Shown piece after piece: positions 30,147 through 39,739 of a stretch of 64,000 bases of DNA. The notes below the pieces were generated by a model. That model saw only the letters and a program-made list of their open reading frames with translations. It did not search any database and was not told the origin of the DNA. This DNA comes from a virus, in IMG/VR virus record IMGVR_UViG_3300032116_000144; one strand, 5' to 3'. Each line of letters opens with the position of its first letter. Positions within the stretch are counted from its first letter, which is position 1. The position numbers were made by a program, and so were the translations under genes.

Positions 30147-30409
30147 TCTATTAAAATATATTTTATTCCTTTATCTTCCCAAACAATAAATTGACTAAAC
30201 TCTCCACTAATGACACCACAAGGATGTTTTCTTAAACCTCTATTAACTACCCAAGTAGGTACGTCAATATTTATTTTATTAACAATAAATTTTAATCCTT
30301 TTAAACGATTGTTTTGTTTTATAACAACAACCCACTCTCTTTTATTTACATCTTCATAGTTATTTCTAAGAAAGTATAACCAAAACGTATATTTATTCTC
30401 GCTGCTCAC
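30143..30409 (-). CDS. Hypothetical protein
   Basis: 88-aa ORF with 4-nt overlap with the UDG gene. Confidence 0.45.
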   Translation of the reverse strand: MSSENKYTFWLYFLRNNYEDVNKREWVVVIKQNNRLKGLKFIVNKINIDVPTWVVNRGLRKHPCGVISGEFSQFIVWEDKGIKYILIE

Positions 30410-30713
30410 AAATATCTAAATTAGAAATAGTTATTGTAAAAAATTCAAGTTCTTCTGCATCTTCATCAGTAAGAAATATTATTTTATATCCTTTCTTACT
30501 TCTTTCATAAGTAAATAACCAGGCATATCCTTCTTCATCTAAACAAGCATATGTCGTATCATTGATTTTGTGAGATTTTATTAATCTTACTTGGTACTCT
30601 TCAGTATTAATGTATACAAAATGTTTAGTATTTTGATACTGAACATTTTCTACACTACAAAAGCCACCTATAAAAACATAAGCATAGTATAACGTTTGTA
30701 ATAAACTGTCCAT
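30393..30713 (-). CDS. Hypothetical protein
   Basis: 106-aa ORF, overlapping neighbours. Confidence 0.45.
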   Translation of the reverse strand: MDSLLQTLYYAYVFIGGFCSVENVQYQNTKHFVYINTEEYQVRLIKSHKINDTTYACLDEEGYAWLFTYERSKKGYKIIFLTDEDAEELEFFTITISNLDICEQRE

Positions 30714-30931
30714 TACTGATATTCATTTAAATATATATGATTATCTTCTAAAATTTCATTAAATTTACGGTGAAAATCTTCTAACGGTAATTCTTTATAT
30801 TTAATATCTGTACGTAACTCCTCTGATATTTGAAATAAAGCGTTAAACAATTTATAGCCGTGTACTGCTTTTCTAGAACTAATCTCATCTTCGTGATTAT
30901 CTAGATCAAATTCAAGAATTAATTTAGCCAT
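30713..30931 (-). CDS. Hypothetical acidic protein
   Basis: 72 aa, acidic helical composition. Confidence 0.4.
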   Translation of the reverse strand: MAKLILEFDLDNHEDEISSRKAVHGYKLFNALFQISEELRTDIKYKELPLEDFHRKFNEILEDNHIYLNEYQ

Positions 30932-31161
30932 GTTTTAGCGTAACTTATTTCAACTTCAATTATTTCTAACTTATTTAAAGTTTCATTTGCTAGTTCTTGT
31001 GGAATACCCTCAACATTTATCATATAATCTCTTAAACCTTCTATAGTAGCTTCTTTTGCTAAAATGCGAGGAATTTCACTAATTCCAATTTGTCCATCTG
31101 ATAAATAAGCTGCCCATTCACCATTCTTGGTTACTAAGGTTTTGTGTTTTTGTGTTGTCAT
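30919..31161 (-). CDS. Hypothetical protein
   Basis: 80-aa ORF. Confidence 0.4.
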   Translation of the reverse strand: MTTQKHKTLVTKNGEWAAYLSDGQIGISEIPRILAKEATIEGLRDYMINVEGIPQELANETLNKLEIIEVEISYAKTWLN

Positions 31162-31352
31162 TTATATTAATTTCTAATGTAATATTATGCAAATTTTGAA
31201 AATGCTCAAAAGTAGTTTTATCAGAATTAAGAGCGTGTTTCTTATATCCTGCAAAAATACTTGCTTCTAGACTATAAAATAAAAATTTATAATTTCTATA
31301 ATAATATCCATCACCTTTTTGAATGATACTACTTGTATAAAAAATTCTATTA

Positions 31353-32249
31353 CTAAGAAATAATTCTCTCACAAATAAGAATCTCTTTAACCTTACCCAC
31401 CAGTTGTTCGATTGTTTCATTGTTATTAATTGTATAATCAAAAGTAGCATTATCTAAAGCTGTTTCAGAAGGATGAATTTCTGTGTAAGCTCTATTTCCT
31501 TCACTTAGCAATCTATTAACTCTAACACAAATACCTCCTCTATCTTTAATAGCTTGTAGCTCATTAGGAAACCGCATATCAGTAATAATCCAATTAGGAA
31601 AATGTGAAGGCTCAAATAATGGATGGTCTTTTATTTTTATAGTTATTTTTGTATAATTTCCTTGAGAATCTTTTATTTTATCATAAGTATGAGTAGTAAA
31701 TCCATCTTCACCAGCAAATTTACTTTTGTAATCAGCAAACAAAGCATTAACCCAAATGTTGTTAAGTAGTTTATCTCTAAATAAATCAGTACCAATATAC
31801 TGCATTAATAGTCTAGGATTGTATTTTACTTTATAAGCTGTTTGCCAATTAACTCTTAGTTCATCTTCATATCTTTCTTTAGAACATTCTTTGTTCATCA
31901 TAGTAACAACTTTGACACCGTCTTTATAGACATCACTAAAACCATCAGCATAACCGTATCTAGTCCAATCTTCTCCTAATAATCTATCTTTAACTTCTTG
32001 TTTCTCTAAATCTTCAACAGATATTCCAGTCAGTATAGATACAATTTGTTTAAGTTTACCTGCAAACTTTTTAATTTGCCAATCTGATTGATTACCATTC
32101 CATTTATCTAAAAATTTAATAATATCAATTTCTTTAGTTTCATGTAATGCTTCTACAATTTTATTATCAGATTTAATAGTTAAATACTGTATAATTTTAC
32201 CCACAGTATCTTTACCACTACCAATTTTACCACTTATTCCTATAATCAT
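31353..32249 (-). CDS. Deoxynucleoside monophosphate kinase-like P-loop kinase
   Basis: N-terminal MIIGISGKIGSGKDTVGKI (GxxGxGKDT P-loop typical of phage dNMP kinases). 298 aa. Confidence 0.5.
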   Translation of the reverse strand: MIIGISGKIGSGKDTVGKIIQYLTIKSDNKIVEALHETKEIDIIKFLDKWNGNQSDWQIKKFAGKLKQIVSILTGISVEDLEKQEVKDRLLGEDWTRYGYADGFSDVYKDGVKVVTMMNKECSKERYEDELRVNWQTAYKVKYNPRLLMQYIGTDLFRDKLLNNIWVNALFADYKSKFAGEDGFTTHTYDKIKDSQGNYTKITIKIKDHPLFEPSHFPNWIITDMRFPNELQAIKDRGGICVRVNRLLSEGNRAYTEIHPSETALDNATFDYTINNNETIEQLVGKVKEILICERIIS

Positions 32250-32303
32250 AATATTTTTAGTTTAAAATTAGTAGTAAGATAAATCTTACTACTAATTAGA
32301 TTG

Positions 32304-33395
32304 TTAACTTATGTTTTCATTATTAAACATCTTACGATATTGAACAAAGCCTCTAAAATTACCGCTCCATCCATTACTATAAAATTCAGGTCCATCTCCA
32401 CTATTTCCTTTATGAAATGAATTATCAAATTCACCAAAATTCATAGCTTTAGCACAATGCTCAAATGGACTCCAATGACCACTTTCAGCTAATCTATCAT
32501 GAAGTTTTACATCATTTTCATAATTAGGTTCTTTACCTTCTTCACCAACTACTGTATAAGATACTCTTGCACAACGAGCAGTTGCTATTTTGATCTTCAA
32601 AATATCTAATTCAGTTCTAAAACTCTTAATGCCCCATTCGTTAATAGTGCCTAAGCTAAATTGTTTATAAACTTGAAACTCATCGAGATTATCCCCAAAT
32701 GGTATATGCCACTCACCAGCCTTTAATTCTTTAGGAGTGGATTCATTATAAGCATCCCACATTGCTTCTGCTAAAGCCATCATGTGAATTTCAGCTTGAC
32801 CTTTATTATGTTTAAGTTTTTTAGTATTATCAAACTTAGAATAGAAATCATAATCATGATTACGAAGATCATAAGAAGTAATAGCTTTGATTACATCTTT
32901 CCAACTTCTAAATAATTTACCACTAACTTCTTTATTAGGTTCATTAATACTATATTGTGGACACCTCAATGCAAAGAAATTCTCCCATTCTGTAGCAGTT
33001 ACAATTACTGTATGCCACATATAAGCTTCTAAACCTCTATTAACAATTTGTTTAGTAAGTCCTTTACCGTTTAATGTTTCTGCTTGTTGTACTGCATAAT
33101 CTCTAGCAAATAAATACTGACTTTTTAATTCTCTAATCTCATCTTCATTAGTAAAAAATTCAGTTCCTTGCATACCTCTATGATCTTTCATCCATGCTAT
33201 AGGCACAAAGGGATTTTCTTTAATAGATTTAACCATCTTCTCAAATGGTATAGCTCTACTACTTGCAGAGTTTCTACTAAACATTCTATGAGTATTAAAT
33301 TCTGCTAAAATAATACGTGGAAATGTAACTATCATTGTAGTAATACGATCACCAAATTCGTTTTTACTGTCTGCTACTACTTTTGCTAATATCAT
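32304..33395 (-). CDS. thyX: Flavin-dependent thymidylate synthase ThyX
   Basis: NTHRMFSRNSASSRAIP matches the ThyX (R)HRxxxxxS signature region. 363 aa. Confidence 0.65.
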   Translation of the reverse strand: MILAKVVADSKNEFGDRITTMIVTFPRIILAEFNTHRMFSRNSASSRAIPFEKMVKSIKENPFVPIAWMKDHRGMQGTEFFTNEDEIRELKSQYLFARDYAVQQAETLNGKGLTKQIVNRGLEAYMWHTVIVTATEWENFFALRCPQYSINEPNKEVSGKLFRSWKDVIKAITSYDLRNHDYDFYSKFDNTKKLKHNKGQAEIHMMALAEAMWDAYNESTPKELKAGEWHIPFGDNLDEFQVYKQFSLGTINEWGIKSFRTELDILKIKIATARCARVSYTVVGEEGKEPNYENDVKLHDRLAESGHWSPFEHCAKAMNFGEFDNSFHKGNSGDGPEFYSNGWSGNFRGFVQYRKMFNNENIS

Positions 33396-33655
33396 ATAAT
33401 TGTGATTAAATATTTACTTAAAAAATAACCGCAATAGGTGCCTAACATAGCACCTATTGCGTAAATAAACCTATCTCTTGTATTACCAAAAGCAACTTTT
33501 TTAACATTGAGTGTCCAAATAAATGAAATCATAAATCCAGTAACACCAATCATAATAAGACTGTTGTTAATAATACTGACAGAACTCATAGCTACAAAAG
33601 TTACTTGAACAAAAGCAGTTACAAATAATGTAACTTTATCTTTTAATCCTATCAT
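33392..33655 (-). CDS. Small membrane protein
   Basis: 87 aa, three hydrophobic helices. Confidence 0.45.
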   Translation of the reverse strand: MIGLKDKVTLFVTAFVQVTFVAMSSVSIINNSLIMIGVTGFMISFIWTLNVKKVAFGNTRDRFIYAIGAMLGTYCGYFLSKYLITII

Positions 33656-33995
33656 ATTGTACTACTTTTAATTTCCAATCATTAATAGTAACAGTTTTAC
33701 CATTTTCAAGATTTTCAGCAATCTTATCTAAACCATCTGAATTTCCTAATGCAATTTCTTTAATAGTTACTTTTGCATTTACGTATTCACTATGATCCTT
33801 TTTATTAAATTTTTGCTCTCTACGATCTATTAAAACTTTTCCAGTTTGCGTTTCTATAAATGATTTAGTTACATCAACTGTTTTAGAGCGTATATACGGA
33901 AGAAACAATCCTAAATCATATAAAGTACTAAAAAATACTTTATTATCAGGAGATACAATTTGAATATTATTTGCTTCAATCTTTATTTGTGACAT
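33636..33995 (-). CDS. Hypothetical protein
   Basis: 119-aa ORF. Confidence 0.45.
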   Translation of the reverse strand: MSQIKIEANNIQIVSPDNKVFFSTLYDLGLFLPYIRSKTVDVTKSFIETQTGKVLIDRREQKFNKKDHSEYVNAKVTIKEIALGNSDGLDKIAENLENGKTVTINDWKLKVVQYDRIKR

Positions 33996-34362
33996 ATTTT
34001 TTTATTTTATTAATTTGTTCTTCTGTATAATCACAACTTCTCATACTATCAAATATTTTTTTTTCAGTAAGCTGTACTAGTCGCCAACTAATTTTTTCAA
34101 TATGATTATGAACCTTTGCTACAGCAGTAATAGGAATATTCAAACGATAATGAAAATCTAAAAGTGATCTATAATAATTTAACTCTTCTAAAGTAAAAGT
34201 TTTTTTCTTAACAAAATCGTAAAATCCATTAGCAGAATTAAATTTAACACCTCTTATAATATTAGAGTTAACATTAAAATAACTAAATTCTTTACAAAAA
34301 AGTTTAACTAATTCATCTTTAGAATACTTAACTTTTTTAATTTCTTCAGATTTTAACTTCAT
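33976..34362 (-). CDS. Hypothetical protein
   Basis: 128-aa ORF. Confidence 0.45.
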   Translation of the reverse strand: MKLKSEEIKKVKYSKDELVKLFCKEFSYFNVNSNIIRGVKFNSANGFYDFVKKKTFTLEELNYYRSLLDFHYRLNIPITAVAKVHNHIEKISWRLVQLTEKKIFDSMRSCDYTEEQINKIKKYVTNKD

Positions 34363-35456
34363 AATTCAATATAACCAACATTATACTCTTCTTTAGTAAG
34401 ATTCCAATTTTGAAAGTAAATATGATGTGCTAATCTTTTCATAATTTCATTATAACTTCTCTTAGCGCTTAATATACTATCAAAACTCATTTGATAAATA
34501 GCAGTTGTATAAGGTTCTTTTGTTTCAACTACTATGTTACGATAAATTATTTGTTTTTGATTTTGAGTAACTGCATTGTAACCAACACCATAACTTATCA
34601 ACTGCCGACCCAGATTCCATTCTTTAAAAGCTCCTTCTTTGAAGTCTCCAACATTATGTGACGTAGTTTTTAAATCACTAATTATAATAGTATTTTCAGT
34701 TTTTAGAATATTGTCTAATTTTGCTTTTCTTTTAATATCAATATATAGATTTTCTTCTACTTCTGTTCTTTCATCCCAGAATAATTCTAACTCTTTTCTT
34801 CTTGTAGTATTAAGAAGATTATCAAATAACATCATCTTTGCAGTTGGATGTTGTCGTAAAGACTCATAACAATTTATAAGAATCTTTTTTGTCTCTCCTG
34901 TAACAGCAATCTTTCCTGTAGCAGATACTAAAAACTTAATATATGGTAAACATTCTTTAAATTTTTTAATTACTGTTGAGGGTACTAATCTTTTATCATA
35001 TTCTGCTTGCTTACGAGCATAAAATATACTATAAACTAATAATTTTACTTCATCTTTTTCAGGAGATCGTTGATTTAAATCTTTAAATAGATCATTTACA
35101 ATAAAATAATCCTCTGCTTCAAGTTGCATATCGCCTTGACAAAATTCAGCAAATTCTTCTGTAATTTCATATAATTTATTACAATATAATTTATAGAAAG
35201 ATTCACTAAAATCGGCTAATTTCTCAGCAGGTTTATTAACTTCTGAAAAAACAAAATCATCAGGATGCTCAATCCAACTATGAAGTAAATCCCCTCTTTC
35301 TAAAGATGGTGTTTTCTTTATTGGTTCAAACTGCATTATATAATTAGCAAACTTTTTAGGGTGTCCACCCATATTAGGGTCTAATTGATTAAGAGCAGAT
35401 TGACTAACAATAGGATTACTAAGATCACCATTATTAACTAAATATCCAATAGGCAT
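34359..35456 (-). CDS. PD-(D/E)XK family nuclease candidate
   Basis: 365 aa. IIISDLKTT resembles the hhhDhK core of RecB/Cas4-type nucleases. Located in the replication/recombination module. Confidence 0.4.
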   Translation of the reverse strand: MPIGYLVNNGDLSNPIVSQSALNQLDPNMGGHPKKFANYIMQFEPIKKTPSLERGDLLHSWIEHPDDFVFSEVNKPAEKLADFSESFYKLYCNKLYEITEEFAEFCQGDMQLEAEDYFIVNDLFKDLNQRSPEKDEVKLLVYSIFYARKQAEYDKRLVPSTVIKKFKECLPYIKFLVSATGKIAVTGETKKILINCYESLRQHPTAKMMLFDNLLNTTRRKELELFWDERTEVEENLYIDIKRKAKLDNILKTENTIIISDLKTTSHNVGDFKEGAFKEWNLGRQLISYGVGYNAVTQNQKQIIYRNIVVETKEPYTTAIYQMSFDSILSAKRSYNEIMKRLAHHIYFQNWNLTKEEYNVGYIEL

Positions 35457-35538
35457 AATATTTTCTTATAATTTTTAATATGTAAATTTATGAAAATTGA
35501 TTGGAAAAATAATTTTAAAAAATAAAAAATTTTTAAAA

Positions 35539-35724
35539 TTATTTTTCTTCTCGATCAATTTGGTTCCATGTTTCTGTACTAGGATCAAATTCAGTATAAT
35601 TTTCTAAATCAATTAGAATAAGTATACCTTTATAGATATTATAATTAAGATAACCTGGAACTATATTATATCTAACTACATTACCTGTGTTTTTATCTAT
35701 TATCAAATATCTAAAATCCATCAT
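35539..35724 (-). CDS. Small hypothetical protein
   Basis: 61-aa ORF. Confidence 0.3.
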   Translation of the reverse strand: MMDFRYLIIDKNTGNVVRYNIVPGYLNYNIYKGILILIDLENYTEFDPSTETWNQIDREEK

Positions 35725-35956
35725 AACCTAAATCTCTTAATATATTTGTTATCGCTCTTCTATCTAATGCTTCTATTTCTGGCCTAACAAACTTATCTAA
35801 CTCTTTGGACTTTACTATATATTGATAACCTAAATCAAAAATAAAGGTTCTTATAAAATGTCTATCTGATTCACTATGAAGCTTATTTATTACATTTAAA
35901 ACACGTTCAATTTTAGCTTCATATGTTAAGTCTGTGGGTCTACCTGCTATTGGCAT
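35711..35956 (-). CDS. Small hypothetical protein
   Basis: 81-aa ORF. Confidence 0.4.
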   Translation of the reverse strand: MPIAGRPTDLTYEAKIERVLNVINKLHSESDRHFIRTFIFDLGYQYIVKSKELDKFVRPEIEALDRRAITNILRDLGYDGF

Positions 35957-36672
35957 ACATAAATATTAAATACTAATTTAGGTTCAGGATCAAGAAAAGA
36001 ATCCATTTCTTCTGTAAACACTTTTCTTTTTTCTCCTAAAGAATAAAATATAGGATGAGCAGGACACATTATATATTTATATGAATCATCTGGAATAACC
36101 CCTAGACCTAAAGGATTTTTATCAGTTTTAGGTTTTAAAATATCTTCAAATACTTTACAATATAAATAACCTCTATTAATTACATCCCATATATTACCAG
36201 ATATTTTATCGTTATTATAATCGTGTATCTCGCATTGAACATATAAAGGAAATTGACTAATTACTGGCATAGCTTTTAGAAAAGAGAGAAGGAATTGACC
36301 TATCTCTCTTACTATTTTAGCTTGAACACTAGGGTGATATGCTCTATTATAAACTTTTTCTGCATTAATTACTTCCCATTTTTCTGTACCTGCTGTTCTT
36401 GTATTCTTAACTACAAACTCATTAGTTGCAGTATCAAATAATCTTATTTCTTTCTTTTTTGTAGAAGAAGTATATTCTCTCCATTGATACCTATTACTAT
36501 TAAACTTTTTCTTTGTAGTTTTAACACTTTCATCTTTTGGAAAAGTATAATACTTTGCACGTCTAGCATCCGAAAGTTTTACTTTTCTAATATAATTAGG
36601 AATAGTAACACTATAAATTAATCTTACATTAGGAACAAAAGGTTTAATTACATTATTGCCTGCACTCTCCAT
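35947..36672 (-). CDS. Hypothetical protein
   Basis: 241-aa ORF. Confidence 0.5.
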   Translation of the reverse strand: MESAGNNVIKPFVPNVRLIYSVTIPNYIRKVKLSDARRAKYYTFPKDESVKTTKKKFNSNRYQWREYTSSTKKKEIRLFDTATNEFVVKNTRTAGTEKWEVINAEKVYNRAYHPSVQAKIVREIGQFLLSFLKAMPVISQFPLYVQCEIHDYNNDKISGNIWDVINRGYLYCKVFEDILKPKTDKNPLGLGVIPDDSYKYIMCPAHPIFYSLGEKRKVFTEEMDSFLDPEPKLVFNIYVCQ

Positions 36673-36741
36673 ACATGATTAGTTAGTAGTATATACATTA
36701 ATTATTGTCTAATACCATATTTTCTGGTCTGGCATGGAAGC

Positions 36742-37047
36742 CTACGCACAGTTGGGGTCATTATCTTGGCAGTACCCACATTGTTTTGAGCATTGTGGGT
36801 CTGATCTATCTATACACCAAAAACCCGCCCACCTGCCACGGTAATACTTGCCAACGCACTCAACTAACTTGAGTGGTTTCACGGCTTCAAAAATCTCCTT
36901 CATATTTTCAACATCTTTTGAGTTCATCAATAAGAAAGCAACACCTTCTTTCATAAATTCATTAGGCATTACCATTATTTTAATTCCTGCCTTTACTTCA
37001 AGGAATGTTGCAATCCCTTGTAAGTCTTCTACTGTTAGTTTTTCCAT
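36742..37047 (-). CDS. Small cysteine-rich protein
   Basis: 101 aa. C-terminus CIDRSDPQCSKQCGYCQDNDPNCA, encoded by an unusually GC-rich stretch (36742..36860). Confidence 0.4.
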   Translation of the reverse strand: MEKLTVEDLQGIATFLEVKAGIKIMVMPNEFMKEGVAFLLMNSKDVENMKEIFEAVKPLKLVECVGKYYRGRWAGFWCIDRSDPQCSKQCGYCQDNDPNCA

Positions 37048-38041
37048 CGCGCAAAAAGTTTAATAAAAATTTGATTCCATTGGTTTCATTTATAATTTGT
37101 TTAACTTTATCAATTTTATATAGCTTTATATTATCAGATAAATCTTTACCCATAGTCCAAGGAAACACATAATAAGGAATATTATATTTTCTCCAATGTT
37201 CTAAAGCAAATTGTCTTCCAGTATCATCATGATCTGCAACACAAACAATATTCCGGTATTTAGTTTTAAAATAATCTACTTGACTTTGTGTAAGTATTTG
37301 ATATTCACTAGTAGGAGCAACACTATCTAGATTAAATAAATCAAAACACATAACATCTTTATAGCTTTTAGTAAGAACTAAAGTATTAGATTGATACTTT
37401 AAGTAGCTTTCACCTTGTAAAAGATTATCATCTTTAATAGAATTTTGAAAAAATCTATTTTCTTTTCTAAAAGGAAAATAAAGTTTAATTATATCAATAC
37501 CATCAATTTTACCAAAATAATAAGCATAACAAGGATCATTTGGTTTACATCTGTAATAATCTCCATTAAGCCAAATAGCTTTACATGGATAAACTCTATA
37601 ATCTGTAAGCCTAGAAATATCTAAACTATATTGATTCCAATATTGAACATCTTGTAAATCCCAACTTCTAGTTGCAATTTGTATTCTCGATCTAAACTTT
37701 TTAAACTCTTGTGGAGTAATATCGTATTGAGCATTTATTGTATTAAGTTTAAAATCCTTAATAATAATACGCATTGCATCTGTAAAAGAGCAATTATTAT
37801 TAATAAACTGAACAACATTAAAACAATCCCAGTGATATTTTTTACTAAAATCTTTAAAATAGATTCTATTATTACTTGCTCTATAAAATCTACAACCTGC
37901 ACGTTTATCTAATCGCAGAGGATTTATGTAAGTAACACTATCGTCTACTGGCATACCAAGATATTTTTCAAATATCTGTTCTTCTGTTATCCGTTTTAAA
38001 ATCTCGTCTCTTCTTAGAGGTATTCCTGGTTCGATGGGCAT
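36998..38041 (-). CDS. DNA primase candidate (TOPRIM domain)
   Basis: 347 aa. VCVADHDDTGRQFA resembles the DnaG TOPRIM DxDxxGR motif. Adjacent to helicase genes. Confidence 0.45.
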   Translation of the reverse strand: MPIEPGIPLRRDEILKRITEEQIFEKYLGMPVDDSVTYINPLRLDKRAGCRFYRASNNRIYFKDFSKKYHWDCFNVVQFINNNCSFTDAMRIIIKDFKLNTINAQYDITPQEFKKFRSRIQIATRSWDLQDVQYWNQYSLDISRLTDYRVYPCKAIWLNGDYYRCKPNDPCYAYYFGKIDGIDIIKLYFPFRKENRFFQNSIKDDNLLQGESYLKYQSNTLVLTKSYKDVMCFDLFNLDSVAPTSEYQILTQSQVDYFKTKYRNIVCVADHDDTGRQFALEHWRKYNIPYYVFPWTMGKDLSDNIKLYKIDKVKQIINETNGIKFLLNFLRDGKTNSRRLTRDCNIP

Positions 38042-38148
38042 ATATAAGTTTAATTATATCTTTACGAAGATTTTCAGGATCAGACGATCTTGTATTATGT
38101 TTTTGTAATATTTTTTCTAGCTTATTCCTTAGTATCATAAAAATAAAA

Positions 38149-38174
38149 AAGGGAGAACATTGCTGCTCTCCCTT
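38149..38174 (-). terminator. Rho-independent terminator downstream of 38190..38957
   Basis: Stem aagggaga / tctccctt with a 10-nt loop, followed on the minus strand by TTTTATTTTTAT. Confidence 0.6.
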
Positions 38175-38189
38175 TAGATTTAGAAGTAA

Positions 38190-38957
38190 TTAAAACTCTA
38201 TATTTGCTCCTGCTGGAACACTCAAATCTGCGGGTTTATCACCTGCTACAGCAGTAGAACCTACATATGGTTTAAATGCGAGATCATTTTGATAATCTGC
38301 TTTAAAATCTCCATAATCAGCTTCTAATGCTTTTTTCCAAGGATCAAGGCTTAATTGATAAGAACGTTGAAAGAATTTAGTATAAACAGCTTGATACTTA
38401 CCATCTTGTGCTCCTAATAATGCACGAACTGTATTATTTTTAAGAGCATTATGTGTATCAGTTAATTCTTTAATATTACCTTCAAATAACGCAGCCATAT
38501 TATCAAGAATTGCTTGACTACTTTGTTCTACGTTAGCCCATGCTTTAATAAAGCCTACTAATGCTTCTTCACCTACAAATGCAGGACGAGCACCTTCTTT
38601 ACTAAACCATTCATAATTTGGTGCATCTGTTTCATTAGTAGACCATGCAAACGTACCAAATTTGTTTACCCATTGAACTTTAGTTGCATCTTTATTAGTA
38701 CGAGGTTTATTTTCTAACCAAAAAGAAGCTTTTGTAACTCGACTTAAATTCGTGGTTGTATGAGATAGATAAAAATCTAATCGCAATTTTTTAATACCAT
38801 TTTCTTCTGTCAAATACTGTGGCTCTTTTTGAGCATTAATACCCATACTAATAAGTGTCTCTTTAGTTGGATTAATTACAGATACTTTTACGCTAGTAAC
38901 ACCTGTATATACACCACCAACTACTTGTTTTTCGGAACTATTACCACCTACCGGCAT
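38190..38957 (-). CDS. Hypothetical protein, monocistronic, ending in -EF
   Basis: 255 aa with higher GC than its neighbours. Flanked by hairpin terminators on both sides. C-terminal ...GANIEF. Confidence 0.5.
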   Translation of the reverse strand: MPVGGNSSEKQVVGGVYTGVTSVKVSVINPTKETLISMGINAQKEPQYLTEENGIKKLRLDFYLSHTTTNLSRVTKASFWLENKPRTNKDATKVQWVNKFGTFAWSTNETDAPNYEWFSKEGARPAFVGEEALVGFIKAWANVEQSSQAILDNMAALFEGNIKELTDTHNALKNNTVRALLGAQDGKYQAVYTKFFQRSYQLSLDPWKKALEADYGDFKADYQNDLAFKPYVGSTAVAGDKPADLSVPAGANIEF

Positions 38958-38987
38958 TTTATTATGTTTAAATTAATTAGAATAAAA

Positions 38988-39020
38988 AAGAGAGGAGTGA
39001 AATTTATCACTCTCTCCCTT
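38988..39020. terminator. Imperfect hairpin terminator between 38190..38957 and 39047..39622
   Basis: agagaggagtga ... tcactctctccc inverted repeat followed by ttttgtttt. T-rich on both sides. Confidence 0.4.
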
Positions 39021-39046
39021 TTGTTTTAGTGGTTAATTAGAAATTC

Positions 39047-39622
39047 TTAGAACTCATTGCTGTTTGCATCAGCAGATGCTTCTTCTTCAGCAGCAGCAGC
39101 GTCAATAGACTCATCTACTACTAACATATAAGCACCTTTTACGTGTGAAGGAAGATCAGCAACTTGAGAAGTTACGTCTTGCAATGCGATGTATTGATTA
39201 CCAAGTTTAGTGGCATCAATAACACCAGCAGATACTAAATCAGCAGTTAAAAACTCATTAGAAAACATTTTACCTTTCTTTTGAGGAGCGCCATCTACTT
39301 TAGCAAAAGACCTACGCAAGAATTTAGGAGCAGGCTTTACATTATCACTATCTGCTAATGATAACAGAATCACCTGATTACCTTTTTTAGTTTGTAAAAG
39401 CGCATTTTCTTCTAAACCAAGTTGTTCCCAAGCTTTGTTAGAAATAACAAATTGCTCTTCCATAAAAGGAACAAACTCTTTTCCTTCTTCTTGGGCTGCT
39501 TTCTTACCTTTCTCTGATTCATACCTACGAAACTTAATACCTGTGTAAGCTTGAGTTCTTACTGCACCACCTTCACGTGTAAAGGTTTTTTCTACTACTT
39601 CTAAATCTCCAAACTTAATCAT
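39047..39622 (-). CDS. ssDNA-binding protein candidate (acidic C-terminal tail ending in Phe)
   Basis: 191 aa. Basic N-terminal half, C-terminal DESIDAAAAEEEASADANSNEF, which is T7 gp2.5-like acidic-tail-plus-terminal-F architecture. Lies in the replication module. Confidence 0.4.
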   Translation of the reverse strand: MIKFGDLEVVEKTFTREGGAVRTQAYTGIKFRRYESEKGKKAAQEEGKEFVPFMEEQFVISNKAWEQLGLEENALLQTKKGNQVILLSLADSDNVKPAPKFLRRSFAKVDGAPQKKGKMFSNEFLTADLVSAGVIDATKLGNQYIALQDVTSQVADLPSHVKGAYMLVVDESIDAAAAEEEASADANSNEF

Positions 39623-39739
39623 ACTGTGTTTGTTTTAGTAATTAAACGTTTAAATTTATTTTGACTTATTTAGTCCAAATTATTGACCAAAGGTACACTC
39701 TTTCACCTGTCTATGTCAAGTAAAAGATGAAATTTATTT

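Noticed and set aside
31118-31450. ORF 31118..31450 (-), 110 aa
   Set aside because: It overlaps both neighbours substantially (98 nt with the dNMP kinase gene, 44 nt with 30919..31161). Possibly a shorter real gene from an internal Met, but support is too weak to call.
36700-36870. GC-rich stretch with imperfect hairpin cccacattg...cattgtggg as a ncRNA
   Set aside because: It lies inside the 3' end of ORF 36742..37047 and codes a plausible Cys-rich C-terminus. No independent evidence for an RNA gene.
34639-39029. Plus-strand ORFs 34639..34869, 36848..37063, 37679..37912, 38829..39029 and 63126..63335
   Set aside because: Each lies antisense within or across a longer, better-supported minus-strand gene and has low-complexity composition. 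Treated as spurious.
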